64,000 nucleotides of DNA from a virus. The stretch spans positions 35,983 to 99,982 of the IMG/VR virus record IMGVR_UViG_3300047160_010363, one strand, 5' to 3'. Positions 51,985 to 61,407 of this stretch are shown piece after piece. A model generated the notes under the pieces. That model was not told the DNA's origin, searched no databases, and saw only the letters and a list, made by a program, of their open reading frames with translations. How positions within the stretch are numbered: position 1 is the first letter of the stretch; every line of letters begins with the position of its first letter. The translations under genes were made by a program, and so were the position numbers.

Positions 51985-52568
51985 TTGGCTATCTTCCTTT
52001 CTGCTGCAGTAACGATGCGCTCTGGCGCGCCATTAAGCACCTCTCGCCAAGGTAGCTCTGGCTGTATTGTGTTGAATTGACGACCTTTTAGCGTTTCATA
52101 TACTTTAGGACGCATATGCCAGAGAAGGTCTGGATTAGTCACGAATAATCTAAACATCTCCGCAAACCACTCCCAATCGTTAGGGCAATATCCCGTTAAC
52201 GGAGATGATCCAGTGGTTTGACGAATGGTAGAGCTGAGATCTGACCAGTACGGTCCACGACGGCGAGGGTCTACCGAGTTGTGCCAATCAACATGATGAC
52301 CTAGCTCATGGGCGAGCACCCCGAACGGTGTGCGGTCAATCGCATAACCAGGCCACGACCAGGCTCGCCCAGCGTATCCTGGCACCGCACAAATCTCCGG
52401 ACATATATAAATGATGTTGTCCCGATAGTAGGCGCAAGCGCCTACTCTCCAGGCGTCCCTTGGACGCACCTGGACCTCAACCGGGGGCAGCGCGGGATTA
52501 GCCCGCAACCAATCCTCTATGCGCTCCTGGCCTCGCCGGAGGAGGTAGCGGCGAACGTTTTCGGTCAT
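51981..52568 (-). CDS. Zincin-like metallopeptidase
   Basis: LAHELGHHVD plus downstream EWFAEMF; ATGA-coupled to ino1. Confidence 0.7.
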   Translation of the reverse strand: MTENVRRYLLRRGQERIEDWLRANPALPPVEVQVRPRDAWRVGACAYYRDNIIYICPEICAVPGYAGRAWSWPGYAIDRTPFGVLAHELGHHVDWHNSVDPRRRGPYWSDLSSTIRQTTGSSPLTGYCPNDWEWFAEMFRLFVTNPDLLWHMRPKVYETLKGRQFNTIQPELPWREVLNGAPERIVTAAERKIAK

Positions 52569-52726
52569 TTCGTGCCGATGTCACTTGGCGAAACATCACC
52601 AATTTCTATCCACCCAAAATCGATCCACATTTTGACCTTTACAGTGTCTATTATCTTTGTGAATCGTTTCTCGTTCGAGACTTCGGCACGCAGGATCTCT
52701 TCACCGGGTAAAGGAGTGTGGTTCAT
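52565..52726 (-). CDS. Small hypothetical protein
   Basis: GGAGG RBS; ATGA-coupled. Confidence 0.5.
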   Translation of the reverse strand: MNHTPLPGEEILRAEVSNEKRFTKIIDTVKVKMWIDFGWIEIGDVSPSDIGTK

Positions 52727-52881
52727 GGGCTTACCTCCATGAATAACATTATAAACGGTAATCGGCTGGAAAGTAAACTGGAATCTATTCGACGAATATA
52801 GACGCTCGTCCCGGAACAATAGCGTATATCATTGGGCGACGACCGTGTTCATCCTTCCCCGCTGCGTCGCGAGCAACCCGC

Positions 52882-52916
52882 GCCTCGGTGAGTGTTAGGT
52901 ACTCACCGAGGCTTTT
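52882..52916 (+). terminator. 12-bp perfect hairpin with T-tail on the + strand
   Basis: GCCTCGGTGAGT-N7-ACTCACCGAGGC-TTTT. Confidence 0.5.
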
Positions 52917-52996
52917 ATACCGAGCTCTCCCTAAGAAGCGTGTAACATGATAGCCGACCGCATAAATTAGAGCTTGGCGGTCAGCTTCGTCACGGT

Positions 52997-53680
52997 TTAT
53001 CCTGCGGGGGAAAGCAGCTCGGTAGGGTTTACTCGAATGTGACCCTTACGATTGCCATAGACAATATGGCTCATCGTGATGCCCGCATCAAGAGCCTCTT
53101 TGACAGTCATACCGTCGCGATATTTATCGTGCATAGAATGAGACTTGGAACCCGGACGTTGCGGGTTTTTTTCAGCCAGCACTTTAATGACATCGCTGTC
53201 ACTGTGTAGCCGGTTTGGCCCTCTCTTGACTTTTACCGTTGTTTCTCCTGCGCCATTGCTTTCGGTGGTGGTCACAGTTTCTCCTGCGCCATTGTTTTCG
53301 GTGGTGGTCACAGTTTCTCCTGCGCCATTGCTTTCGGTGGTGGTCACAGTTTCTACTCCTTGGGTTGGGGTTAGTGGAGGGGGCAAACGAGACAACGCCT
53401 CAAGCAGCCTACGGACGCCGGTGGTGCGGGTGTCAAAGCGTTTTATTTGTCCACCAGTTAGCGCATTGTAAGCTAACACTAGTGTGGATAGAGACAGACT
53501 TATGTCGGCCTCGTTTTCTATCACCAGAGCGCACCCGCCCACACCTGGCTTGTTTGTAAACGGCACCGAGGGCACTATCGCGGATGTAGCTGCGAGTTGT
53601 GCCTCAGCGCGAGTTGTGTAAGCCTGAGCAATCCAGCGATCGCTAGGATCCTCTCCATAGGCTATGAGATAAGCTGTCAC
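52997..53680 (-). CDS. Putative DNA-binding protein with 12-aa repeats
   Basis: ETVTTTE(S/N)NGAG x3; C-terminal NPQRPGS...YRDGMTV.EAL domain. Confidence 0.65.
   Translation of the reverse strand: MTAYLIAYGEDPSDRWIAQAYTTRAEAQLAATSAIVPSVPFTNKPGVGGCALVIENEADISLSLSTLVLAYNALTGGQIKRFDTRTTGVRRLLEALSRLPPPLTPTQGVETVTTTESNGAGETVTTTENNGAGETVTTTESNGAGETTVKVKRGPNRLHSDSDVIKVLAEKNPQRPGSKSHSMHDKYRDGMTVKEALDAGITMSHIVYGNRKGHIRVNPTELLSPAG
53240..53354. repeat. 36-bp tandem repeat, about 3 copies
   Basis: GTTTCTCCTGCGCCATTG(C/T)TTTCGGTGGTGGTCACA. Confidence 0.9.
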
Positions 53681-53700
53681 GTTTTTTCCTCCTGAGGGAT

Positions 53701-53729
53701 ATTATACCCCCATTTAGCAGATAAGTAAA
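53701..53729 (-). promoter_or_regulatory. Sigma70-like promoter
   Basis: TTTACT-17 bp-TATAAT with GG before the -10 box. Confidence 0.75.
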
Positions 53730-53730
53730 T

Positions 53731-54663
53731 TCAAAATGGTGGATCGTCGAGATCTACCGCAGATCCACCACCAAGATCGTCGTCAGGACGGTACTCGCGT
53801 ACAGCACCCGTGCGATATTGCTTTAAGCTGGCTACTGCCATCTCGTACAGCTCAGGATCTTGCACCATCACCTGGTTATCCAGGAAATAGCTATCTATCT
53901 CGGGATTGGCCACCTTAGAGGCCAGCTCTATGGACCATGTGAAGAATTTCCCTTGATCGTTCTGCTCTGGCTGAGAACGCAAACGCCAGCGCCAAAAACA
54001 GAGCGGAGCAGGTGCTATCTTACCGTTAGGCTGAGCGAATCGTGCTCGTCCGTGGCGACCGTTATACATCTGCCACGTCTTTAAGCTGGAGCTCTGGAAG
54101 TTTACCATCGCTCGCTGTGCGTTAGCAGCAGTTAGTGGCGGTGGAGCAAACAGAATAAAGAGCTCGCCGGTTTCTGTCAAACTGACCGTCTCGCCGTCAG
54201 CATTTTCCCAAGGCAAAGGCTTGAAATCACCATGCTGAGCAACCAATCGCTGTATAACCGGGTCGGTAACCTCGTGGAAACCACGGAAATTGCCCGAGCG
54301 TACCCGCACGATCGGTCGCCCAGACTTATCCGGCCGCGGTATCCACTCCTGATAGCGACGCTTGGTGCCACAGACCACCATGTCGAGACCAGTGCGCTGA
54401 CCCTCCCAAACCTCACCGACACTAACGTCCATGATCATACCAGGTTTGGCGCCATAGATAAATTTGGCGTCATTCTCGTCAGTTTGGGGACAGGCATAGT
54501 GCACGATACGTAACAATGGTGTCGGCTGGTCTCTAGCGCCGAGATCTTCAGTGCCGAGACCTTCTAGGCCACCGAAATCGATGACTTGGAGTGCGGTGCC
54601 CGTCGTCGGCACGGGGAGCTTCGGCTCGTCTTCTGGTTTTTTGGCTTGGTTTGAATTTGCCAC
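53731..54663 (-). CDS. Putative ssDNA-binding/annealing protein
   Basis: G.E.L...D...P.L.I....PQ..GAKPG...Y.EW.PR; acidic tail ending DDPPF. Confidence 0.55.
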   Translation of the reverse strand: MANSNQAKKPEDEPKLPVPTTGTALQVIDFGGLEGLGTEDLGARDQPTPLLRIVHYACPQTDENDAKFIYGAKPGMIMDVSVGEVWEGQRTGLDMVVCGTKRRYQEWIPRPDKSGRPIVRVRSGNFRGFHEVTDPVIQRLVAQHGDFKPLPWENADGETVSLTETGELFILFAPPPLTAANAQRAMVNFQSSSLKTWQMYNGRHGRARFAQPNGKIAPAPLCFWRWRLRSQPEQNDQGKFFTWSIELASKVANPEIDSYFLDNQVMVQDPELYEMAVASLKQYRTGAVREYRPDDDLGGGSAVDLDDPPF

Positions 54664-54733
54664 TTACTTCTTCTCCGCCACTGTGAGCCCGCGTGGCGCC
54701 GGGAACTTTTCGTCGTTCTAGAAGGGATATAAA

Positions 54734-55135
54734 CTAATGTGTCTTTATATATTCTTCGTCATAGCCTTGACGACGAAGACCAGCCTCGTATGCTTTGCGC
54801 TGCTTATATCTACGTTGTTGCGCAGCCTTCTTTTCCATCGCGGCGTGACGAATAGCATATTGTGCCTCATGTGGCGTCAAGCCACACAAATCAAAAGATG
54901 GATCAGAGTATCCTTCAGATGATACCTCGACACCAGGATCAGAGTGTTCCCGGACAAGAATTTTGATACACTCCAACAAACGTCGATGCGATGCACGAAG
55001 TTTGGTGTAGGCTGCGCATGGCTCAGCACCATCTGGCATCATACAATCGGGTAACAGTTGTTCGACAAGGTAGAAGTAGTTGCCATACACCGGATAATCG
55101 TCAGGGAGTACAGGCTCGTTCAGTTGGCTCGTCAT
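54734..55135 (-). CDS. Hypothetical protein
   Basis: ATGA-coupled start at 55135. Confidence 0.5.
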   Translation of the reverse strand: MTSQLNEPVLPDDYPVYGNYFYLVEQLLPDCMMPDGAEPCAAYTKLRASHRRLLECIKILVREHSDPGVEVSSEGYSDPSFDLCGLTPHEAQYAIRHAAMEKKAAQQRRYKQRKAYEAGLRRQGYDEEYIKTH

Positions 55136-55734
55136 CTCTCCACAAATCCTTTCAATTCGACCTGTTTGGGCCGACTTTCTCCGACTTGAGCCCATTTGCG
55201 CTCTCGTACGCCAAGCAACTCCAGAGGCGGGTCTTTCATTTGCCTAATAAGCTCACCGACCCAACTGGTCAATGAATTCCAAGGTATCATGCGTTTAAGA
55301 TTGAGAGATTTTAATCGATTGGCAGAAGGATGTCGCCTTATCATCTCAAACACCTCACGCGCAGCCTCTATGTCCTTGGCGTCGAATTGAGCAGTAACAG
55401 TTGCACGTATCAACGACGCTCCATCATGCGACTCCACCCAATCCAGACCCTCCAGATTGGCTCGGCCTTCCCCGTAATCGTCAAGCTGACCGGCTACCAG
55501 AGTGTACTTCAATTCGACGGGTGTGCCGTTAAGTAGTTTGAACTCACTCTGGCCTGCTTGCCGCATGGCATCTGGCAGATCCACTTCCGTCTTGCGTCTG
55601 TACACTTCCAACATAACCTTCAGCTCTGTTGTTTTCCGCACGATTGCGCTCTGGTCGCGGAGTATATCCTCCGCGAGATCGCTGAGATTGCGACGCTCAT
55701 CGTCAGTGGGTTCGTCTAGGAATGTGTCTGTCAT
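55132..55734 (-). CDS. Conserved phage replication-module protein
   Basis: DLP.AM..AG..EFKL.NG..W....G.SLI...V...F pattern; precedes the SSB-like gene. Confidence 0.55.
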   Translation of the reverse strand: MTDTFLDEPTDDERRNLSDLAEDILRDQSAIVRKTTELKVMLEVYRRKTEVDLPDAMRQAGQSEFKLLNGTPVELKYTLVAGQLDDYGEGRANLEGLDWVESHDGASLIRATVTAQFDAKDIEAAREVFEMIRRHPSANRLKSLNLKRMIPWNSLTSWVGELIRQMKDPPLELLGVRERKWAQVGESRPKQVELKGFVER

Positions 55735-56156
55735 TCTCTCACCAAGCAGTGACCGCGCTGCGCGCACCGCGCGAACTCACGCGGGAACACGCGACAGAAT
55801 AGGTTGAGCGACCAGCGACAAGCGCCACGCTCGTTCCGGCCCAGAGCGTGGGCAAACTCGTGTAAATATGTGACCACCGAGTGTCCGGTCAGTACTAACA
55901 TACAGCGACCTGTCCCAGTGACACAACAATAGGATTGTAGCGATGTGCGGCTTTTCTGGAACACGAGAATTGGTTCCGGGATACTGTAAACACGAGCTAG
56001 CGACATATTCAGCCTCAGCATCTTACCTTCGCGGTCACCCGACCATGGGCGAGAGCGGCGGTACGCACGCAGAGCGGACAGACATCCTCGTCGATAGCGC
56101 ACGTTAGGGGATAGTACTTCCGCTACTGTGGCAGGATAATCTCTACGCGAGCGCAT
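55731..56156 (-). CDS. Small HEXXH metallopeptidase-like protein
   Basis: SVVTYLHEFAHALG..E..AC.WS. Confidence 0.6.
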   Translation of the reverse strand: MRSRRDYPATVAEVLSPNVRYRRGCLSALRAYRRSRPWSGDREGKMLRLNMSLARVYSIPEPILVFQKSRTSLQSYCCVTGTGRCMLVLTGHSVVTYLHEFAHALGRNERGACRWSLNLFCRVFPREFARCAQRGHCLVRE

Positions 56157-56703
56157 CAGTGTCTACCCCATAAGCGACCGGACCGTGACTGGGCCGCGCA
56201 CGACGACGGCGAACGTCTGGTCCGACGTGTTTATCGTTCCAGCTTGCTTCTACTGCACGATCAAGGTAATCCAGCGGCAGCCCAAAATCACGATAACCCT
56301 GGGCTATCACATCAAGGTACCACTCGCCTGGTGGTGCTATTTCGTGGGACTGCATGCAGTAGACCAGGCATTCCTCAGGTCGGCCATTTATCCGTATTTT
56401 GATATAGCATTTAGCGTAGAAACCACTCGCTACACCTTCATAGCGGTCCAATACAACTTCATCGGCTGGCGTTATCCGCCAAAGTGCGACGGGACACCGG
56501 GACGCTGGATCGGGATCGTAAACCACGTCAGCCACTCCGCGGAACACAAGCTGCGCATGAGGCAAGAAACGTGCACCCACTGGCCGCGCGCCGGGACACC
56601 GTCGCTGCATCTGCTCTTTGTTTAAATTTGATCCATAAGCGAGATATAATTGTCCACTAGAGCGCAGGTTAGGTAGCGCACGTGGCTTATGTTTAGCAGT
56701 CAT
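56143..56703 (-). CDS. Gamma-glutamylcyclotransferase family protein
   Basis: LYLAYGSNLN..QM..RCP.A..LVFRG.A..LW.IT..D...LD.YEG. Confidence 0.85.
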   Translation of the reverse strand: MTAKHKPRALPNLRSSGQLYLAYGSNLNKEQMQRRCPGARPVGARFLPHAQLVFRGVADVVYDPDPASRCPVALWRITPADEVVLDRYEGVASGFYAKCYIKIRINGRPEECLVYCMQSHEIAPPGEWYLDVIAQGYRDFGLPLDYLDRAVEASWNDKHVGPDVRRRRARPSHGPVAYGVDTDALA

Positions 56704-56941
56704 AATGTTTCTCCTCTGGTTGGGTTTCGCCTATCAACAGACCTGCCGCAATAAGGTCGGTCACGAAATTCTCAGCGCTGTCCGAGCGCACAGGTTTGCC
56801 ACTCAACAACGCTGCGCGGCTAGCAGCGAGCTGCATAAATTCAGCGACAGAGCGCCCTGGTAAGTGGCTAGCGGCACGCAGCTCACGCACCATCTTCCTG
56901 GGCTCCGTCGCGGTTATCTCTATACCGTCGCTGGTACGCAT
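56693..56941 (-). CDS. Hypothetical protein
   Basis: TAATG-coupled to the amidoligase. Confidence 0.55.
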   Translation of the reverse strand: MRTSDGIEITATEPRKMVRELRAASHLPGRSVAEFMQLAASRAALLSGKPVRSDSAENFVTDLIAAGLLIGETQPEEKHYDC

Positions 56942-58041
56942 TATTCAGCACTCGCTATATGTGCGAACCGAGCCGTCCGAGCAGCCAGGTAAGCCGTTAG
57001 GTCTTCCGGAAGGTCAAGCTCGGCTGCCAGCGCTGGGACGCCACCCGTGGAAGTGTTCACAGTCTCGTTGGTCTCGATTCGCACCAGGTTCATCAGTCCA
57101 CGGCTTATGTTATAATTTAAATCGCCGTTGACACGATCATAGGTAAATCCAGACGCCATAGCAGCTTCCAGAGCCTCACTGACAGTCATACCATCGCGAT
57201 AAAGCTCCCAGAGCCGATGAGCGGCTGAACCGCGACGCTTAGGGTTGACAACACGACATTTCTGAATTTGCTGCCATCCATGCAATCGGCGTCCGCGAGC
57301 GACTGGTATGGTCTGAGTTAGGACCGCACTAACTAGACCGACATCATGCCCGTTGTCTGTGGCCTTAGAGGCCAGCGCGAGGCAGAAACGGATCCAGTTA
57401 ATTATCTTATTACTTTCAACGGTGCCGGAATGCTGCCGAAACTCAACCGTGCCGTGCCGCCAGTACGACATCAGATTGACTTTGCAATACCGGTCATTAT
57501 TCGTGACTCTTTGAAGATCTTGAAGGGTCTCGGCCGAGGCTGCTCGTGCTGCCCAGCCTACCGCTTTACAATAGTTATTAACACGCCGCGAAGGTGCGAG
57601 ACACCCGTCAATCGCCGGCTCGTGCTTGGCATAGATCGCACCGACCCGTTTCATGAATTCGATCGCAACAGGCGATTGAGGCTCGGTGCTAAAAGAGCCG
57701 GGGCGACGCCCCTCGGGCACACCCACATGGACATGTAGTCCGCAACGGCGGTCAACTGTCGCACCGAACGCCTGAATAGCGATGGCTGCGCGGCGCACCG
57801 CGTCGAGCCCTTCGGGTCCCTTGAGAACCGGCGAAACCACCTCGGCGCCACGGCTATAATCGCCAAGGCTGCCATCTGTCACGACCTTCCATGCCTCCCG
57901 GGGAGCGTGGTTGTAAATCTCAGATGCACATGGAATCTCGGCTGCGCTTATCGCGGCCGCGAGGTCGGCGTGGGTCTTTCCGACCGGGAGGTAGCACTCA
58001 ATCTCGACTCCGAAGGTGAAGTCGTCAGGGGTAAGGGTCAT
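56941..58041 (-). CDS. Putative amidoligase (COOH-NH2 ligase type 2)
   Basis: FGVEIE, WKVV.DGSL, EVVSP.L, CGLHVH, RY.K.N, TVEFR.H.GT; C-terminal NPKRRGS..YRDGMTV domain. Confidence 0.85.
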   Translation of the reverse strand: MTLTPDDFTFGVEIECYLPVGKTHADLAAAISAAEIPCASEIYNHAPREAWKVVTDGSLGDYSRGAEVVSPVLKGPEGLDAVRRAAIAIQAFGATVDRRCGLHVHVGVPEGRRPGSFSTEPQSPVAIEFMKRVGAIYAKHEPAIDGCLAPSRRVNNYCKAVGWAARAASAETLQDLQRVTNNDRYCKVNLMSYWRHGTVEFRQHSGTVESNKIINWIRFCLALASKATDNGHDVGLVSAVLTQTIPVARGRRLHGWQQIQKCRVVNPKRRGSAAHRLWELYRDGMTVSEALEAAMASGFTYDRVNGDLNYNISRGLMNLVRIETNETVNTSTGGVPALAAELDLPEDLTAYLAARTARFAHIASAE

Positions 58042-58091
58042 GAGGGGGTTCTCCTCTGGTTGGCGTCGGCGAGGTTTACGTTCCATTTTAT

Positions 58092-58334
58092 TTACTCCTG
58101 TGATTTTTCGTTAATTAATCTATCCCACTCAGAATCGGATATAGGATAAATCGTTTCCCCATTAACTTCTTCAATTACAGTTTCATCATTGAAATGTGTA
58201 TTATACCCCTTCCCCGGAAATTCTACTTCAACTTTATCACCGTTTATTGTTTTTATAACACCGATACCTAACAAGGTCTTGTATGGCCCTGCGAAGTAAT
58301 CTACATGTTTTACGCGATCGCCGACTTTAAGCAT
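58092..58334 (-). CDS. Small SH3-like beta protein (AT-rich)
   Basis: LKVGDRVKH..GIGVI....V.VEF; AAGGAG RBS. Confidence 0.5.
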   Translation of the reverse strand: MLKVGDRVKHVDYFAGPYKTLLGIGVIKTINGDKVEVEFPGKGYNTHFNDETVIEEVNGETIYPISDSEWDRLINEKSQE

Positions 58335-58339
58335 TTTAT

Positions 58340-58585
58340 TTACTCCTTAGAGAAACGCGGGAAGGTAACACGATCATGACTAAAGGGAGTCATGATAAGG
58401 CCTTCTAATGAGGAAACAACTTTATAGGTACGACCAGGATTAGCACGAGCATTATTAGTACGGTCAGATGACCGGGAAGTTGAATTTATAGAAAAAGTTT
58501 CGGGAGCATGACGCCCCACATTATAACGACGCTCAAATTTTGTAGGAGCCGCCGCGCGGCGACGGTAAGCCAAAAGATCAGGCAT
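58340..58585 (-). CDS. Hypothetical protein
   Basis: AACCAGAGGAG leader and a promoter upstream. Confidence 0.5.
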   Translation of the reverse strand: MPDLLAYRRRAAAPTKFERRYNVGRHAPETFSINSTSRSSDRTNNARANPGRTYKVVSSLEGLIMTPFSHDRVTFPRFSKE

Positions 58586-58612
58586 GAGGACACTCCTCTG
58601 GTTAGAGAAGCC

Positions 58613-58641
58613 ATCATACCTGGTCTTTAGGGAAAAGTAAA
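58613..58641 (-). promoter_or_regulatory. Sigma70-like promoter
   Basis: TTTACT-17 bp-TATGAT with GG before the -10 box. Confidence 0.65.
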
Positions 58642-58659
58642 CAGATTTTATCTAAAATT

Positions 58660-60348
58660 TTATGGATCATGATCGGCGCAGCAAGAGGTCGGTCGTCTCC
58701 CAAACCACGACACCGGATCGCCGAGCACGCGGGCTGCCAACTCACGCTTAGCACGTAACGCAGCGACGACTTCCTCGTCGCGTGTCCCCACCGCCAGTAG
58801 ATCAACTACAGTGGTGCTGATAACGCGATCAATCTTCTCAGTCCTATCTTCCGTCTGACGACGCAGCCGTGATGACCAGTCATTGCTGTAATATACCGTT
58901 AGCGTTGCACGACTGAGGTCTTTCCCGCGCCCCAGCCCACCGCCCACAGTGCCAACCATACCGTCCCCACCACCAGACTTAAACAACTGGTAGTTAGCTT
59001 CTGCCTGCGCGTCAGGCACACCACCGTGGTGCTCAAATACGGTATAACCTAACCCACGCAGATGTCTAACCACATCGTCAACATCCTGCCTGAATCGACA
59101 CCAGATGACGAACGGTTGGGGCACCTGTCTCAATGCTTCGACCAGTGCGTTCAATGCAGGAGTGGAAGTTGAATCTATGCGCTCCAATGGGGTGGTTACC
59201 ACGTTAATGCACAGACCGTCGCAGACAGGGCAATCTTCCTCTACTGTGTTCAATGATATACCTAGACCATGACACGCTGCGCATGGTACGCCTTGTCGCT
59301 CTGGCGGCCAGTACCCTCTGGCCACCATCTGCAATCTAGTCATTCGCTGCAGAACCTCACGTTCCGTAACTTTTCTGCTCCCTAGGTCGACAGCGTATTC
59401 GTCTCGTAGCTGGTCATAAACCCGTTGCTGTTCCGATGACAGATCAAAATATTGACTGACATATGTCTTAGGCGGTGCATTACTGATATCTTCGCGCCGC
59501 ACACGCATAGCGAAACCGAATATCTTCTCCCGTAGCTCGTCCAAATTGCGATAGCTCTTGAACACTGGGTAGCGGTCATATGGGTCCGAGCTACCGTTCA
59601 TCTTCTTAAACTTATTGAATCGCTTGCCAGCTGGCAGTTGGCGTTTAATCACCATACCATTCGGTAATATTTCTTCTACCTCCTCTACCTCGAACTCGCA
59701 GTAGCGTGCTATAAATGGAACCTTATCGGCATAGCCCAGCAAGCCTTCTTTTAAAAATTTAGCAGGATAGAACATCTCCAGCGGACCTTCGTCAACCGGT
59801 GTGCCTGTAGTTATGGCCTTAATTATAGCGTTAGGTCGACGTGAGTAAGCTAGTACTCGCTGCGTACGTGCCGACCAGTTAGCCATAAAATCTTCATCAG
59901 CAACCAGCATGCAGCGTCGGCGCTTAATCAACCACTCAATGTACTTGTTGCCGTCTTTAGACAACACCGAATCACAGTTCATGGTTAGGATGACTGGGCC
60001 TGAGTGGCTGCGGATATCTAGTGCAGCTTTACCAGCACGTGTCTGAGAACTGCGGCCAGTTTCCCAGACTATGATTCGTGTGTTAGCGAGCATTTCCGGT
60101 GGCAACTCGGCGCAAGCCTCTTCACGCCAGACCCACTTAACTCCTGATGGAGTGCCAATCACAATCAACGCGTCGACATATAACGGGTCTGTTGGCCCGG
60201 CTTCATAATGAGCACGCCAAATGGCTAGCACAGTGCCAGTTTTCCGGCACCGTGGGTCAAATATCAGCCCAAAATGAGAAGCGTTCTTAAAACGTTCAAA
60301 CGCTGCTAGTTGATGCGCTAACGCACCAGGGCGATGGAATGGGCTCAT
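58660..60348 (-). CDS. SNF2-like (SF2) helicase
   Basis: HQ, KT, LVADE, TGTP, Y.NLDEL, PPKTY, RLQ, VIW.RF, G.G.DL..A...YYSN, RQ.EDR; CxxC-CxxC insertion. Confidence 0.8.
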   Translation of the reverse strand: MSPFHRPGALAHQLAAFERFKNASHFGLIFDPRCRKTGTVLAIWRAHYEAGPTDPLYVDALIVIGTPSGVKWVWREEACAELPPEMLANTRIIVWETGRSSQTRAGKAALDIRSHSGPVILTMNCDSVLSKDGNKYIEWLIKRRRCMLVADEDFMANWSARTQRVLAYSRRPNAIIKAITTGTPVDEGPLEMFYPAKFLKEGLLGYADKVPFIARYCEFEVEEVEEILPNGMVIKRQLPAGKRFNKFKKMNGSSDPYDRYPVFKSYRNLDELREKIFGFAMRVRREDISNAPPKTYVSQYFDLSSEQQRVYDQLRDEYAVDLGSRKVTEREVLQRMTRLQMVARGYWPPERQGVPCAACHGLGISLNTVEEDCPVCDGLCINVVTTPLERIDSTSTPALNALVEALRQVPQPFVIWCRFRQDVDDVVRHLRGLGYTVFEHHGGVPDAQAEANYQLFKSGGGDGMVGTVGGGLGRGKDLSRATLTVYYSNDWSSRLRRQTEDRTEKIDRVISTTVVDLLAVGTRDEEVVAALRAKRELAARVLGDPVSWFGRRPTSCCADHDP

Positions 60349-60539
60349 GATCTGTGTAGTCTGAGCGATTCGTCTAGTGTTATTAGAACGCGGCCATCTC
60401 TGTCTATTACAAAACCAGTGATCATCACCTTTCCGTGCGTTCCGTCCACGTCCACCGCCAGATCAGCATGACGACCTTCGAGCAGTGGTAATTTATCGAA
60501 CTCGTATAGAAGATCATGCATTGTGCTGATGCGTTTCAT
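60345..60539 (-). CDS. Hypothetical protein
   Basis: ATGA-coupled. Confidence 0.45.
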   Translation of the reverse strand: MKRISTMHDLLYEFDKLPLLEGRHADLAVDVDGTHGKVMITGFVIDRDGRVLITLDESLRLHRS

Positions 60540-60838
60540 TGACTTTTTTTCTCCTCTAGCAAGATTCGGCGACGATCATTGATTTGTTCCACCAACTGGC
60601 TATTCGCCCAGTTTAGGAAATCTTGCCATATTGGTCTGTCTATCTCCGACTGAAACCGTAGATCGGCGCGAATCTCGCGATGGATTTCGTGCCACTTGGT
60701 TTGGCTCAAGAGAGGCCGTATACGACGCAGCCAGCCATCGCTGCCAGCTGCTTCCAATGAAACATAAGTCTGCCGTGACAAGCAGTAGCGCACTGCTTTG
60801 TGCACTATGATATCCAGATCGTCTTCAGATATGTTCAT
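60536..60838 (-). CDS. Hypothetical protein
   Basis: AVRYCLSR.TY motif; GAGGGG RBS. Confidence 0.5.
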   Translation of the reverse strand: MNISEDDLDIIVHKAVRYCLSRQTYVSLEAAGSDGWLRRIRPLLSQTKWHEIHREIRADLRFQSEIDRPIWQDFLNWANSQLVEQINDRRRILLEEKKSQ

Positions 60839-61208
60839 TACATTCCCCCTCTGCAGCGTCAAGCAGCGCTGTACGCATTTCACGCATACGATTAAGCCTC
60901 TCTTCGGCGTGAATACAACTGCGCCCCAACGACTCCTCCAGCAATCCCCATTCGCGCCGCGTCAACTCAACCTCAACAGCCGCCTCTGGGTCATCTGTTT
61001 TGTGGCCTTCCGCACGCAACAGTATTGGCAGAATTAAGCTGCGATAACACTCCAACATCCGAGCATCATCACCGTCAGGATGGCTCGTTGGTCGTTTCGC
61101 ACGCCGTTCGTAGTACCGGCATCTGGCCTCAACACTGATGCGCAGTAGCACCCAGTCCCTACGTGGTAATACGACCAGAGAAGCGCTGAACCTTTGTTCT
61201 AACACCAT
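60825..61208 (-). CDS. Hypothetical protein
   Basis: AACCAGAGAGG leader. Confidence 0.5.
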   Translation of the reverse strand: MVLEQRFSASLVVLPRRDWVLLRISVEARCRYYERRAKRPTSHPDGDDARMLECYRSLILPILLRAEGHKTDDPEAAVEVELTRREWGLLEESLGRSCIHAEERLNRMREMRTALLDAAEGECNEHI

Positions 61209-61209
61209 T

Positions 61210-61407
61210 CTAACCTCTCTGGTTCAGACCTTCCATCAAAATTCGGCGCAAGTGCTCCGCCACGACGCCTATGGGCGCTGCGACAGTTTCGCACATTATA
61301 CTACGCTGACCGCGCGGTCGGTCCGACCGACACAACAGTACGAATGTGCCGTGCCTCGTCTTCTCCAGTCTCCCGTAGAAGGGGTAATCAGGGATTTCGA
61401 CTATCAT
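61210..61407 (-). CDS. Hypothetical protein, paralog of 28033-28251
   Basis: Near-identical protein sequence. Confidence 0.65.
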   Translation of the reverse strand: MIVEIPDYPFYGRLEKTRHGTFVLLCRSDRPRGQRSIMCETVAAPIGVVAEHLRRILMEGLNQRG

